64,000 nt of DNA, taken from an uncultured virus (IMG/VR IMGVR_UViG_2687453376_000003) (taxonomy: Duplodnaviria; Heunggongvirae; Uroviricota; Caudoviricetes). Each line of letters begins with the position of its first letter. Position 1 is the stretch's first letter. The notes beneath the pieces are model-generated. The model had not been told where the DNA came from and did no database searches. It worked only from the letters and a program-made list of their open reading frames with translations. The translations under genes and the position numbers were made by a program. The stretch lies in the IMG/VR virus record IMGVR_UViG_2687453376_000003. One strand, given 5' to 3'. Positions 17,410 through 26,919 of this stretch are shown in pieces.

Positions 17410-19043
17410 TTTTCCTCCGGATCTTTAATCGTTTCAGGCGCAAATACATCAGCCTGCGCCCAACTTGGTAACGGCAGGCCGCGTTTCTTGCAGGCATCAA
17501 TTTCACGCTGGCGCTGATCGAGCACCTCTTCCCAGTCCTCACCTACGTTCTCACCCACCTCAATTTCGAGGGTGGAAAGTCCGGCATCTAGACCCAGAAT
17601 GGCGCCTTTCTTCTCTGCAACCGGATCCACCCAGCCGCGGCCTGGTCCCATCCAGCGAGCACGGGAATAAGCAGCTCTGGCGTCGACAAAATCCGGTGCA
17701 CCGGCAGGCAGAGGTAAATCCTCATTGTCATGTACCTCTTCAGCAAAAGCGGTCACCACGGGTTGTGCGGTTCCCATGGCAAAGTCATCGCGCCGCCGGG
17801 TCAGTGTCTTCCAGGCCTCCAGCAGCGAAGATCGCGCGGAGCTGTAGTTAACATCAGACCAATCCTGCGTGACCTGCTGTGGCGATAAGCCGGTGCCAGA
17901 GGAGAAATTACGCAGCACGGCAGATTCAAACACCTCAAAGTTGCTGTAGGGCCGCGCCGCATTGACCGTAGTGATCTTTTCACCGGGGTATAAAATGGGC
18001 ATGCGGGCGCCATTTTGTAGCGTCAGACGCCGGTCACTGTGAAATTCGACACGCCCATCCTGATAAACCCCCAGCTCAGACTCATCGTAGGTTTCACCCA
18101 TCGCCGACTGCACCATCGCCGGGTCATAGGGCGATTCGATATAGGCTGCAAAAATAGCGTTGAGAATGGCAGCCTCGAGCTCGCTCTGATCGTACTTAAC
18201 CAGCATTTTCAGACGCTGAATAACGGGTGTCAGGATGCCGTTACCACGATGCTGAGCACCACGTTCATGATCAAAATCATGAACTACGTGCGGGCGCCCC
18301 CATTCAGTCTCACGCGGGATGCGCCGCCAAGTCATGGTTTTAGCACCGCTCCACCAGTCACCGATATGTGCTTCACGAATGTGGTAGGCCACCGGCGCAC
18401 CGTCAGCGTCAATCTCTACGCCGCCTCGAATATTCGGCATATCGAAATTCTGCTGCGGGTTACTAAGACGATCAGGATCAACAACCTGCACCGTGGTGGC
18501 ATAGCGCCCACGACCGCGCCCTAATCGATCCGTCCGGTACTGAAGTACCAGCAACGCATCGCCATCGATTAACTTATGGCGGAATGCCAGCCGCAGCACC
18601 TGAGGCACCGTCAGCTTTCGCTCGGCATCACAGTAGCGCCCAGGGTCATATGCCCACGTTCGCCAGTGTGCCTCCATCGCCTTACCATATTCCTCAGCCC
18701 ACGTAGCATCGAATGAAGCGTTGCCGGTCATCATTCTGAGCACCCGGTGATCCGGTTTCATGACAGGGCGAAAATTTGCGCCGACAGCATTATCCAGCAG
18801 CCGGGTCACCGCACCGTTAGCCCAGCCATCGTTACGAACCAGATCCCGCGCACGGGAAACAATCCGATCCCGGTAGATGTTGATTTCGTTATCCGGCGAC
18901 CAAAGCGCTGGCTGCCAGTTCGCCAACTGGTCACTGAACGAGTCCGCCGCGTCATAAGGTACGCGGCTGCTACCTACCAGCATAGATGGGCGCGCGGGGC
19001 GTACAGGCTGACCGTCTGGCCCCAGTATCTGTACTTTGTTCAT
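17406..19043 (-). CDS. Portal protein (lambda family)
   Basis: RARDLVRNDGWA, DWSDVNYSSARSSL, GRGWVDPVAE. Confidence 0.95.
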   Translation of the reverse strand: MNKVQILGPDGQPVRPARPSMLVGSSRVPYDAADSFSDQLANWQPALWSPDNEINIYRDRIVSRARDLVRNDGWANGAVTRLLDNAVGANFRPVMKPDHRVLRMMTGNASFDATWAEEYGKAMEAHWRTWAYDPGRYCDAERKLTVPQVLRLAFRHKLIDGDALLVLQYRTDRLGRGRGRYATTVQVVDPDRLSNPQQNFDMPNIRGGVEIDADGAPVAYHIREAHIGDWWSGAKTMTWRRIPRETEWGRPHVVHDFDHERGAQHRGNGILTPVIQRLKMLVKYDQSELEAAILNAIFAAYIESPYDPAMVQSAMGETYDESELGVYQDGRVEFHSDRRLTLQNGARMPILYPGEKITTVNAARPYSNFEVFESAVLRNFSSGTGLSPQQVTQDWSDVNYSSARSSLLEAWKTLTRRRDDFAMGTAQPVVTAFAEEVHDNEDLPLPAGAPDFVDARAAYSRARWMGPGRGWVDPVAEKKGAILGLDAGLSTLEIEVGENVGEDWEEVLDQRQREIDACKKRGLPLPSWAQADVFAPETIKDPEEK

Positions 19044-19306
19044 CAGAATCGAAACCTCGCTGGTTTACGCGGGCGCGAGATAATGCCCAGCTGAGCCTGT
19101 AGTAGCTGGATCAGCGCCAGCAGGTCAGCCAAGGTACTTTGCTGGTAGGACACGGATCGCGTTCCATCTCCCTGGGAATAGGAGAATGAAACACCGTGAC
19201 TCCCGGTCGCTAAATCGATGTAGGCTTGCTGGGCTTTGGCGAGCGCAGCCCTGAGCTGCTCATCAGTCATCGCGCCAGCAAGCAGACTGGTGTTCCGGTT
19301 AAACAT
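19043..19306 (-). CDS. gpW-like head completion protein
   Basis: AYIDLATG...RSVSY...L.AQLG...R between terminase and portal genes. Confidence 0.7.
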   Translation of the reverse strand: MFNRNTSLLAGAMTDEQLRAALAKAQQAYIDLATGSHGVSFSYSQGDGTRSVSYQQSTLADLLALIQLLQAQLGIISRPRKPARFRF

Positions 19307-19314
19307 AGTTGTCC

Positions 19315-21450
19315 TTATTGCGGCAGGAGTTTTGATAATCGCTTACGCTTGGTTGGAGTGTGATCCTCAATAACAGCAACAGCTCCCGGCAATTCGTAGC
19401 TGATACTTTCTTCCGGTACGGTAGATGCCGGTAGGAACTTATCTGGATTAGCTTCAAGGTTTGCTGCGCGCACGTTAAGTTTGAGACCCATGTGCATCAG
19501 CCCGCAAAGAGCTGCATAACCATATACCCGACAGTCAAGAGCTTCGTTTGCCCGACCGGGTATAGGATCCCACACGCTGAATCGCTGGCCTGCAACCACC
19601 TTATATACAAGCCTTTCCGCCAGCAGTTGGTTGAAATAACCAATATCTCTATCGTCTGGGAAATGCATATACCCAGGAGCGGGCATGCCCGGTGCAGGTG
19701 GTTCGATATGCAGCCGCCCGCGGATCACATCCTTGGCGGCGTTCACCCCCAGAATTATTGGCCTGAACTGAGCTTTGCTCTTCGATGATGGCCGCTTAGT
19801 GGGCCATACAGGGTTACGCTTCCCTCCTTGGGCTGACTCTCCCTTGATGGCCCAGATACGGCGCAGGAGGCGTTCTTTCGCAAACTCATAAACCTTCTGG
19901 GTATGGTGTCCACCGGAGTCGTGGCAAGCCGCCATAATAGTCAGCCCCCTACCATCATTCCGGCGCCATACCTGCTTCAGATACGCATCAAGTCGTCGCC
20001 ATGGCTCATCGGTTTCCAGATCGCCATAAATGGCATCATGGGAAATGGACCAGGATTCCTCATTTTTCCCCCAGCCAATGACCTCAATTTCAAAGCGGTC
20101 GTCCTGGGTGTCAATGCCAGCAGTGAGCAGGGCCACCCCATCTGGTACTTTCGCCGGGAAAACCTCCCGGCGGGCAAGCAGGATATCCACCGGCAACTGC
20201 TTGCCGTGGTTTGGCCTATGCGGCAGCCCCATCTGGGTGTTCCACCAAGCCTGCTCTTTATCTGGATCTCCCTTTGCTTTGAGATATTTCTCAGCAATAT
20301 CAGATGGCTTATCTTTCTGCCATGGGCTGAAGAGCTTGGATGCCTGATACCCGGCATGATGGTTATCGACAGAGTCTCGACCGCAGTCCGGGCAGATCGC
20401 GCGATATACTGCATGGCGTTCGGATTCCGACCATATCCATACTTTTTCAATGCTGCCCTCATCCTCCTTCCGCCAGGCCTGGTCATACTCCATCAACGGG
20501 GAGTGCCGCTCACCACAGCACTCAAACGGTCGAGTCTGATGCCAGCGGATGGTTTGTAATGCCCTTAACCGTTCCCCTTCCGACCAACCAGCCCCACAGC
20601 ACTCACAGTACAGCATGGTTGATTTAGTCAGATGCTTATCCCCATCTTTGGGCCAGTGGACATGCTTGAAAAAGTCGGGAAACTGACGATGGCCGCAGTG
20701 CGGGCATACCACCGAGGCCCGGCGCTGATCGGAATCGTTGTAACTATCCGCAATCCGGCTTTCATCTTCCACCGTCGGCGAGCAGGCGCGAACCGACAGC
20801 CAGGTAAGACCAAAGGTTGCCGTTCGCTCTTCCGCCAGTGCGATGGGATCGCCTTCACGGGTGATCGGATACTTGTCCACTTCATCCGCCAGCAGAACGC
20901 GAATAGGACGGCGCGCAAGGTTATCAGGGCTACCGGCACCCGCCAGCGCCAGAAAGCCACCAGTGAACGCCTTATAGAGAATGGTTTCTTTTGAGCTCTT
21001 CTGCTTTGAGTCGCCGATGATTCTACGCAGCGCTGGCGTCACCCTCACCAGTGGGCTGATACGCTCCTTCGAGAACTGCTCAGCAGCCTCCTCTTTCGGC
21101 TGCAGCAGCAGTATCGGACAGGGGTCGAGATGTGCAAAATAACCGAACAGATTTTCCAGAAGCGCCGTTTTCATCAGCTGCGTACAGCACATCACCGTAA
21201 TTATGTGGACACCCGATTCTGTCGCTGCCAGCATCGGGCCTCGGGCGATCTCAACAGTAGAGGTTTCCCAATTCCCCGACGTGCTTCCAGCCTCTTTCGC
21301 CAGTTTGCGATAATCATCAGCCCACTGAGGAACGCTAATCCTCGGCGGCGGTGTCCAACCTTTTCGGGCGCTCAGCTCAAGACGCTCAATTTTCTGCCGG
21401 GTTAAACTCTGGCTCTCCGAGGACTGAGATATGTTTGTGGACATGTTCAA
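19315..21450 (-). CDS. Terminase large subunit (lambda gpA family)
   Basis: TQLMKT Walker A variant, LLADEVDKY, CSPT, GIDTQDDRFE, NEALDCRVY. Confidence 0.95.
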   Translation of the reverse strand: MNMSTNISQSSESQSLTRQKIERLELSARKGWTPPPRISVPQWADDYRKLAKEAGSTSGNWETSTVEIARGPMLAATESGVHIITVMCCTQLMKTALLENLFGYFAHLDPCPILLLQPKEEAAEQFSKERISPLVRVTPALRRIIGDSKQKSSKETILYKAFTGGFLALAGAGSPDNLARRPIRVLLADEVDKYPITREGDPIALAEERTATFGLTWLSVRACSPTVEDESRIADSYNDSDQRRASVVCPHCGHRQFPDFFKHVHWPKDGDKHLTKSTMLYCECCGAGWSEGERLRALQTIRWHQTRPFECCGERHSPLMEYDQAWRKEDEGSIEKVWIWSESERHAVYRAICPDCGRDSVDNHHAGYQASKLFSPWQKDKPSDIAEKYLKAKGDPDKEQAWWNTQMGLPHRPNHGKQLPVDILLARREVFPAKVPDGVALLTAGIDTQDDRFEIEVIGWGKNEESWSISHDAIYGDLETDEPWRRLDAYLKQVWRRNDGRGLTIMAACHDSGGHHTQKVYEFAKERLLRRIWAIKGESAQGGKRNPVWPTKRPSSKSKAQFRPIILGVNAAKDVIRGRLHIEPPAPGMPAPGYMHFPDDRDIGYFNQLLAERLVYKVVAGQRFSVWDPIPGRANEALDCRVYGYAALCGLMHMGLKLNVRAANLEANPDKFLPASTVPEESISYELPGAVAVIEDHTPTKRKRLSKLLPQ

Positions 21451-21967
21451 TCAGCACCTCTGTCATCCTGTCCGCCGGTACATCCAGATCAGCAGCCATC
21501 AGAGGCGCCACCCTGGATGGCCAGTTGAGCCAGGCGTCACGCTGTTGGCGAAAGGCGTTGAAAAGAACCTCCTCGGCGGCGGCCATCTCAATGAGCTGGC
21601 CGTCTTTTTGCTGAAACTCCAATTTTGTCAATAACGCCAGGTAGTTCTCCTTTACTCGGCGCGCTTCATCCAGCGATAACTCAGCACCGTTTTCGAAGAG
21701 GAATTCTCGCGCAAGCCCCTCCAATGACAGGTCACTTTCTTTCGGCGGCCCCCGCGCAGGTAACACCCGGTCAGCTTTCTTTTTTTCTGGCACAGACGTT
21801 TTCTGTTTATCGGGTCGGTTAACGCTCTTCCTATATTTTTCAAGTTGTGCATTTGAAGCGGCAACATCGATATCATCGCCGGACATGATCAGCCATCCCC
21901 GGCTTTTCCACATCGTGACGGTCTTGCGGCTAACGCCATGTAACCGAGCAAAATCTGACTGGTTCAT
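21386..21967 (-). CDS. Terminase small subunit (Nu1-like)
   Basis: N-terminal HTH (FARLHGVSRKTVTMW), coiled coil, adjacent to cos. Confidence 0.87.
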   Translation of the reverse strand: MNQSDFARLHGVSRKTVTMWKSRGWLIMSGDDIDVAASNAQLEKYRKSVNRPDKQKTSVPEKKKADRVLPARGPPKESDLSLEGLAREFLFENGAELSLDEARRVKENYLALLTKLEFQQKDGQLIEMAAAEEVLFNAFRQQRDAWLNWPSRVAPLMAADLDVPADRMTEVLIEHVHKHISVLGEPEFNPAEN

Positions 21968-22194
21968 TGTTACCTCACTTGTAACCTAATCTGTTACCTG
22001 ACACTGTTACTCAACCAGAAGAGGTAACAGCATGGGTAACAACCAGCTGATGGGAATATTTTTTGTAATCAAGGACAAAACTCAACATGTAACAAAATGC
22101 AACTGTTACCTGTTACCTAAATTTGAAAACTTGTAGCTAAGAAAACAACGCGGCGCGCAATGCCCGTGCTTTACAAAAGTCACAGGAAGGACCC
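21968..22194 (-). other. cos packaging site: cosQ 22194-22188, predicted cosN 22164-22153, cosB repeats 21968-22117
   Basis: Minus strand reads GGGTCCT + 23 nt ending ACG + GGCATTGCGCGC + CGCG, the same geometry as lambda cos; several TGTTAC(C) repeats in both orientations toward terS. Confidence 0.78.
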
Positions 22195-22209
22195 AAAAAA
22201 TATTGGGGG

Positions 22210-22848
22210 CTATTTTGCTGTTCGAATTGCTTCAGCAATGGCTGCGCTTATCGCGCCCGGCAGCAAACCCGACGCCATTGCTCGCGAGCGTTCCATATAG
22301 CCCAGCACAGGGGTCACCGGTAGCGCATCGCCAAACCGAATCAGAAGCTTCGGAGAGCGCTGTTTACGCTTAGGTCTTCGGGTCCCATTGGCGGAGCGCT
22401 TGGCCCGTTTCTTCTTGGCCTTCATCGGCTTCCTGCGCTGCCAGACGGCATTGACACCGCCTACGTCACCGACAAATACATTTTCCTTTGCTTTCAGCTG
22501 AGGGAGCTTGTTGCGCGGCATGTTACCGTACTTGTTTAGCTTGACGTTCTTAGGGTTCAAAAGAGCTTGGCTATTGAGTTTATGGTCTCCACCAAACTCG
22601 AATGGCTCGAGGTAACCAGCGGCGGTATCACGAACAAACACTTTTGCACGCAAATTACTTTTTCTGGCACCGACAGATCCGACTGACTTCACAGTAAATG
22701 GTGTAGGGTTTTCAAGATAGCGATCGAAAGCCGTTCTCTGCGCCGATTCGATTTGACGGACAACCTTCGTCATCGCCTGAGCCATCGCAAACGGTATCTG
22801 TTTCTGTAGCGCATTAAGCTGCCCAGATAAATCCTTTAATGTTGCCAT
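22210..22848 (-). CDS. Conserved basic phage protein adjacent to cos
   Basis: 212-aa ORF in late-operon orientation; KQIPFAMAQA, PTPFTVKS motifs; function unknown. Confidence 0.7.
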   Translation of the reverse strand: MATLKDLSGQLNALQKQIPFAMAQAMTKVVRQIESAQRTAFDRYLENPTPFTVKSVGSVGARKSNLRAKVFVRDTAAGYLEPFEFGGDHKLNSQALLNPKNVKLNKYGNMPRNKLPQLKAKENVFVGDVGGVNAVWQRRKPMKAKKKRAKRSANGTRRPKRKQRSPKLLIRFGDALPVTPVLGYMERSRAMASGLLPGAISAAIAEAIRTAK

Positions 22849-22850
22849 GA

Positions 22851-23045
22851 CTATGGACCTTTGGTTTCCGCGGCGGTATTACCACGCACCTCCATTTCTT
22901 TTTTCTGCCGCAACATCGCAGCACGCTGCTCAATACGAACCATGCCAGCGTGCGTCTTCGGGCAGAATTGAACGATGTGCGTTCTAGAGCCGCAATAGCT
23001 GCAGCGGCGCCCTCGCGTGAATTGAAACGGTGACGGCTTCTTCAT
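22851..23045 (-). CDS. Small CCHC zinc-knuckle protein
   Basis: GGAGG RBS; CSYCGSRTHIVQFC = CX2CX4HX4C. Confidence 0.6.
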   Translation of the reverse strand: MKKPSPFQFTRGRRCSYCGSRTHIVQFCPKTHAGMVRIEQRAAMLRQKKEMEVRGNTAAETKGP

Positions 23046-23706
23046 ACATACCTCCAGAAAAAAAGGCCGCACATGGCGACCCTGTTGCATTATCGCAGGC
23101 CCTCATCGAAGACCTGCTGTAATGCTTATACGTTTTATCCCATGCGGGGGATAAAATTCACTTATCCGTTATAGGGTATAAACGACCCTGCTCCATTTGC
23201 TGGATGCCGGCCTTATCCACATTGCATTGCACCAACAAAGACAGCAGACTCACGTTAAGATCCAGGCTGCTGTTACCAACGCTGGCAATGGCGTCGGGAT
23301 GTATACCGTCCGCGTACGTGTATATACATTAGCATTATTTCCATCCCAACTAGTTGACAGGAACAATAAAAAAAGCCGCAAATGCGGCGATCGGGTGTTT
23401 ATCAGATTTTACGCTCAAGATGCACCGCTTGATGCAATGCACCCTTTTCGTTAAGCTTCAATCCCCACACGGATGAGATAACTGACTGGGGACTCAATAT
23501 TTCAAGATGCCATTTTTCCAGAACTGCGCCGTATTTTTATGGCTGTTAAACCGATAGTTTTCCATTAACACCACCCACATTAATCCAGGTGCCTACCGTA
23601 GTATCCATAAGTAATAACTCTGATATGCAGCCCACAAAGATGATCTCAACCTGTTAATACCATTGATCTATGATGGGCTAAAAAAGCCGCCCGGAGGCGG
23701 CCTATT

Positions 23707-23907
23707 TTACTTTTTGAACTCAACTGCTTTTTTAATTTCAGTTAAAGCGTTATTTACATGAGGGTGCTCTACAATTCGATAAGTGGAATTGTCAATCAAC
23801 AGCGACTCGGCCCGCTGAACGATACGATCAAAATCATCACTACTCTCACGAACGGCACCAATAACAGCGATCAGTGCTTGATTAAGAGCTATCTCTCTGT
23901 CAGTCAT
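23707..23907 (-). CDS. Hypothetical protein (66 aa) downstream of the spanins
   Basis: AAGGA RBS; followed by a terminator hairpin at ~23680-23706. Confidence 0.6.
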   Translation of the reverse strand: MTDREIALNQALIAVIGAVRESSDDFDRIVQRAESLLIDNSTYRIVEHPHVNNALTEIKKAVEFKK

Positions 23908-23943
23908 TCTGCTTCCTTTTTAATCCAAAAGTAGAATGATATC

Positions 23944-24429
23944 TCATTTCAAGCATTGAGTATTGATGTATTCCTGCAATGTTCTCAGGGCTGTTTGATC
24001 GCTGACAATGCCGGATCGGATACCGAGAACATTTCGTCCAGCAGTGTCAGAGAGTTCGACGGTGGTTGCATCGCCCACGCGGGTGGTGCTGGAGGATTCG
24101 GTCGAGGCTGGCACTGAACACCTTGCTTTGACGAGCACCCGGCCACCATTATCAAGCTTGCGCTGAAGAGCATCGTTCTGAGCTTTGGCATCTGCCAGCT
24201 CCTTTTGGTATTTGATATCGAGAGCCGCCACATCGCGCTGGCGCGCCTGCAAATCGGTGATAGTGGCATTTGCCAGGCTAAGCGCTTGCATTTTCTCGTC
24301 ACGCTGCTTCTTGTACTCGGTGGCGTTGTTACGGTAGTGGTTAGCCCTCCAGGCCAGTACACCAATCACCACAGCAATTAGCACTGGCAGCCAGATCTTT
24401 TTGAGCAGAGACAAAGCGACTTCGATCAT
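23944..24429 (-). CDS. Rz: Rz i-spanin
   Basis: N-terminal TM, coiled coil, [29 protein letters not shown]. Confidence 0.93.
   Translation of the reverse strand: MIEVALSLLKKIWLPVLIAVVIGVLAWRANHYRNNATEYKKQRDEKMQALSLANATITDLQARQRDVAALDIKYQKELADAKAQNDALQRKLDNGGRVLVKARCSVPASTESSSTTRVGDATTVELSDTAGRNVLGIRSGIVSDQTALRTLQEYINTQCLK
23985..24191 (-). CDS. Rz1: Rz1 o-spanin lipoprotein embedded in Rz
   Basis: [28 protein letters not shown] lipobox; Pro-rich [14 protein letters not shown]. Confidence 0.9.
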   Translation of the reverse strand: MPKLRTMLFSASLIMVAGCSSKQGVQCQPRPNPPAPPAWAMQPPSNSLTLLDEMFSVSDPALSAIKQP

Positions 24430-24902
24430 GCTGCAGTCTCATTTAGTTTACCGCCTACCTCTTTGAACTTGGCGATCAGGCTCTCCGCCTTGTGCTCAAA
24501 CTGGCCATAACCGGCCCCAGGGAGTGAGGCCCAGATGTTACTGCAACGGTCGATAGCCTGCCGAATATTGCCATTATCGATTAACGGTAGCGCGCCACGC
24601 TCTTTGATCTGCTGAAGTGCGACGGCATCCTGACTGGCAGGCGAGAAATCCTTCAGGCCAAGCTGCGCGCGATAAGCATCCCACCATTTTGACAACAGCT
24701 GGTAACGGCCGGCGGCAGTGGATTTTAACGAGGGATTTAACGTGATGAGTTTGCGCGGGTGGTCAGAGTAATCAGTAAACAGGGAGCCACCGACAATAAC
24801 GTCGTACCCGTGGTCTTTTGTGGGCTGTCGGCCGTTATCCGTTTCCTCTGACCACGCCAACATATCGAGAAAGGCTCTACGCTGTGGATTAACGTTCTGC
24901 AT
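24426..24902 (-). CDS. R: Lambda R-type endolysin (lytic transglycosylase)
   Basis: [44 protein letters not shown] where lambda R has SEGT. Confidence 0.95.
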   Translation of the reverse strand: MQNVNPQRRAFLDMLAWSEETDNGRQPTKDHGYDVIVGGSLFTDYSDHPRKLITLNPSLKSTAAGRYQLLSKWWDAYRAQLGLKDFSPASQDAVALQQIKERGALPLIDNGNIRQAIDRCSNIWASLPGAGYGQFEHKAESLIAKFKEVGGKLNETAA

Positions 24903-24905
24903 AAA

Positions 24906-25226
24906 TCACTCCTGCCGCTGGATGCCGGCGCGCTTGTCGGCGATCTGTCGGATGAAATCGACGCCAAGGAACCCGATAAAGACGCTGCCCAGTGACGCCC
25001 AGTTAGGGTCTAGACCGAGCAGAGTTAAGCCATCCTTGATGTAAAACGCGAATATCGCGCACATCCCAGCTTCGATAATCCGCCGCCACCACGGCTGCCG
25101 GCCGGTATATGCACCACGCAGCAACGTCATTAAACTGGCCAGCGATGCGTACCCGATTTCGCTACGATGCGCGGCAAACCACGCAAGGAGGGCTGCCCAT
25201 ACATCCGGGGTCTTGTCCATTTTCAT
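24906..25226 (-). CDS. S: Lambda S-family holin with Met-Lys-Met dual start
   Basis: Hydrophobic segments, SVFIGFLGVD, charged C-terminus; ATG AAA ATG at 25226/25220. Confidence 0.88.
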   Translation of the reverse strand: MKMDKTPDVWAALLAWFAAHRSEIGYASLASLMTLLRGAYTGRQPWWRRIIEAGMCAIFAFYIKDGLTLLGLDPNWASLGSVFIGFLGVDFIRQIADKRAGIQRQE

Positions 25227-25707
25227 AGTCTCCACCTCCCGATCGCGGGTGGCGTGAATAAGGGGCTCCAGCGCGGCGGAAGCCGTACTAAGGCCGGATT
25301 GGGTTATGAACCCGTGTTCTGCGGGTCAAAGGGTAGCCCCCTGCGCTTATCTCAGGACGTCGATCTCATCGCGTGTCAGCTCTACGACGGGCTAAAAAGA
25401 AAAAGCCCCGCACATGGCAAGGATTAGGGATAACTGTGGTAGTTGCTCAAAAATTGTAAGCAAACAACCATTGGTAGTGGGTGTTAAACAAGATATAACT
25501 CCAGCGTACCTCTTCGAAACCTATCGTTCTACCTACTAGGTTTTAGTAAAAACCATACAGAATCTGATTGATAGTCTCGAAGTAGTCATTGTTAACATGA
25601 TATAATGTTTCAAGCAAAGCACGGGTCTCTATATATAGTATGCAAAGAAACAAACAACCACTATATATTGATATGGAGGAAAATTTACATTCCTACTGTG
25701 CAAAAAC

Positions 25708-25738
25708 CATTGACATAAGAAATGTCAATGACTAAATT
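25708..25738 (+). promoter_or_regulatory. Sigma70 promoter for the NYN module with an overlapping 9-bp inverted repeat
   Basis: TTGACA (25710-15), 17 nt, TAAATT (25733-38); CATTGACAT-aagaa-ATGTCAATG palindrome. Confidence 0.75.
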
Positions 25739-25744
25739 TACGGA

Positions 25745-25806
25745 ACCAGCTCAGCACTGTTCGTAGATAATGTTTAGGGTCTACTCAACGGTTCTGAGCT
25801 TTTTTT
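25745..25806 (+). ncRNA. Putative ~60-nt structured leader/small RNA ending in an intrinsic terminator
   Basis: Three stacked helices AGCTCAG/CTGAGCT, ACTGTT/AACGGT, GTAGA/TCTAC followed by T7, lying between the promoter and the NYN ATG. Confidence 0.55.
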
Positions 25807-25819
25807 GTGGGCATTTTTA

Positions 25820-26683
25820 ATGAAGAAAACAGCAGTCTTAATTGATGGTGGCTACTTCATCCGCCGTATCGACTACTTTCTACGCAAGCATTTCCCCGAT
25901 CATGAGCTTGACAGTCAACAACTTGTAAAAATAATTTGGCGTATTGTCAGATTTCATGTTGAAGTTCCACATGGTGGTCATCCTGAACGAGAGGCTTTAG
26001 AGCTTTATCGAATTTATTATTATGACTGTCCCCCTCTTGATAAGCAGATAAAGTACCCTCTTCCTACAGATGGGAATAAAACTCCTGCGACAAAAAATTT
26101 TAAAACACATGCGCCAAATATTTTGAGGACAAAACTCCACGAAGAATTAAGAAAAACGCGAAAAACAGCTCTTCGCATGGGTGTTCTTTCTAATGTAGGT
26201 AATTGGCAGATTAAAGAACACATATTAAAAAAGCTGCTGCGAAATGAAGTACAATGGTCTGATCTAACCAATGATGATTTTTACTACGAATATAAACAAA
26301 AGGCCGTAGATATCAAACTTGGCATGGATATAACTATTCTTGCTCATGAAAAATTAGTCGATGTTATAGTATTAATAGCAGGAGATGCCGATTTTGTTCC
26401 AGCAGCTAAACATGCTCGAATAAAAGGCGTCGATTTCATACTTGACCCTATGCATCAACAAGTTCCAGCCTCACTAGCCGAACATGTTGATGGAGTTCAA
26501 TCGAGCAATATCATTGTTGCTATAGCAGACATTTGCCGAATCGTCCCATCAGTAAAGCCTGATTGGTGGGATGAGCACATAGATAGACGGAAAGAAAGAA
26601 AGCTCAATGGCGGTAAAAGAATTAAACCCACTAAGCGACATATACAAAGGAGCGCTAGCACCTCTGAAAATCCCCAGGAGTAA
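25820..26683 (+). CDS. NYN (LabA/DUF88, PIN-fold) ribonuclease-domain protein
   Basis: AVLIDGGYF, RIYYYDC, KQKAVDIKLGMDI, LIAGDADFVPAAKHARIKG; AT-rich moron opposite the late operon. Confidence 0.92.
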   Translation: MKKTAVLIDGGYFIRRIDYFLRKHFPDHELDSQQLVKIIWRIVRFHVEVPHGGHPEREALELYRIYYYDCPPLDKQIKYPLPTDGNKTPATKNFKTHAPNILRTKLHEELRKTRKTALRMGVLSNVGNWQIKEHILKKLLRNEVQWSDLTNDDFYYEYKQKAVDIKLGMDITILAHEKLVDVIVLIAGDADFVPAAKHARIKGVDFILDPMHQQVPASLAEHVDGVQSSNIIVAIADICRIVPSVKPDWWDEHIDRRKERKLNGGKRIKPTKRHIQRSASTSENPQE

Positions 26684-26779
26684 TCCGGGATTACCGATTT
26701 GTCAAACCATCTATCAACTAGTTCATTGTTTGACATACTCCCCCTGCTCTAAAAGAGCCAGGTTTACGGCACTACGAAC

Positions 26780-26804
26780 AAAAAACCCGCTCAATGGCGG
26801 GTTT
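26780..26804. terminator. Terminator between Q and the NYN gene
   Basis: AAAAAACCCGC-tcaatg-GCGGGTTT. Confidence 0.7.
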
Positions 26805-26919
26805 AATCAGTGTTGCAACGGCTTTGGGTGAAATATCCCATCGTTAGAGCCATGGTTCCACAAAAAACGCCAACATACAATATCATTGTGCTATCTTTTG
26901 TGAAATAGAGCACATATTC

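Noticed and set aside
23090..23700. ORF 23197-23454 and scattered hairpins between lysis genes and cos
   Set aside because: No RBS or recognisable motif, and no periodic repeat structure.
25694..25711. LexA box near the NYN promoter (TACTGTGCAAAAACCATT)
   Set aside because: Right half lacks the required CAG.
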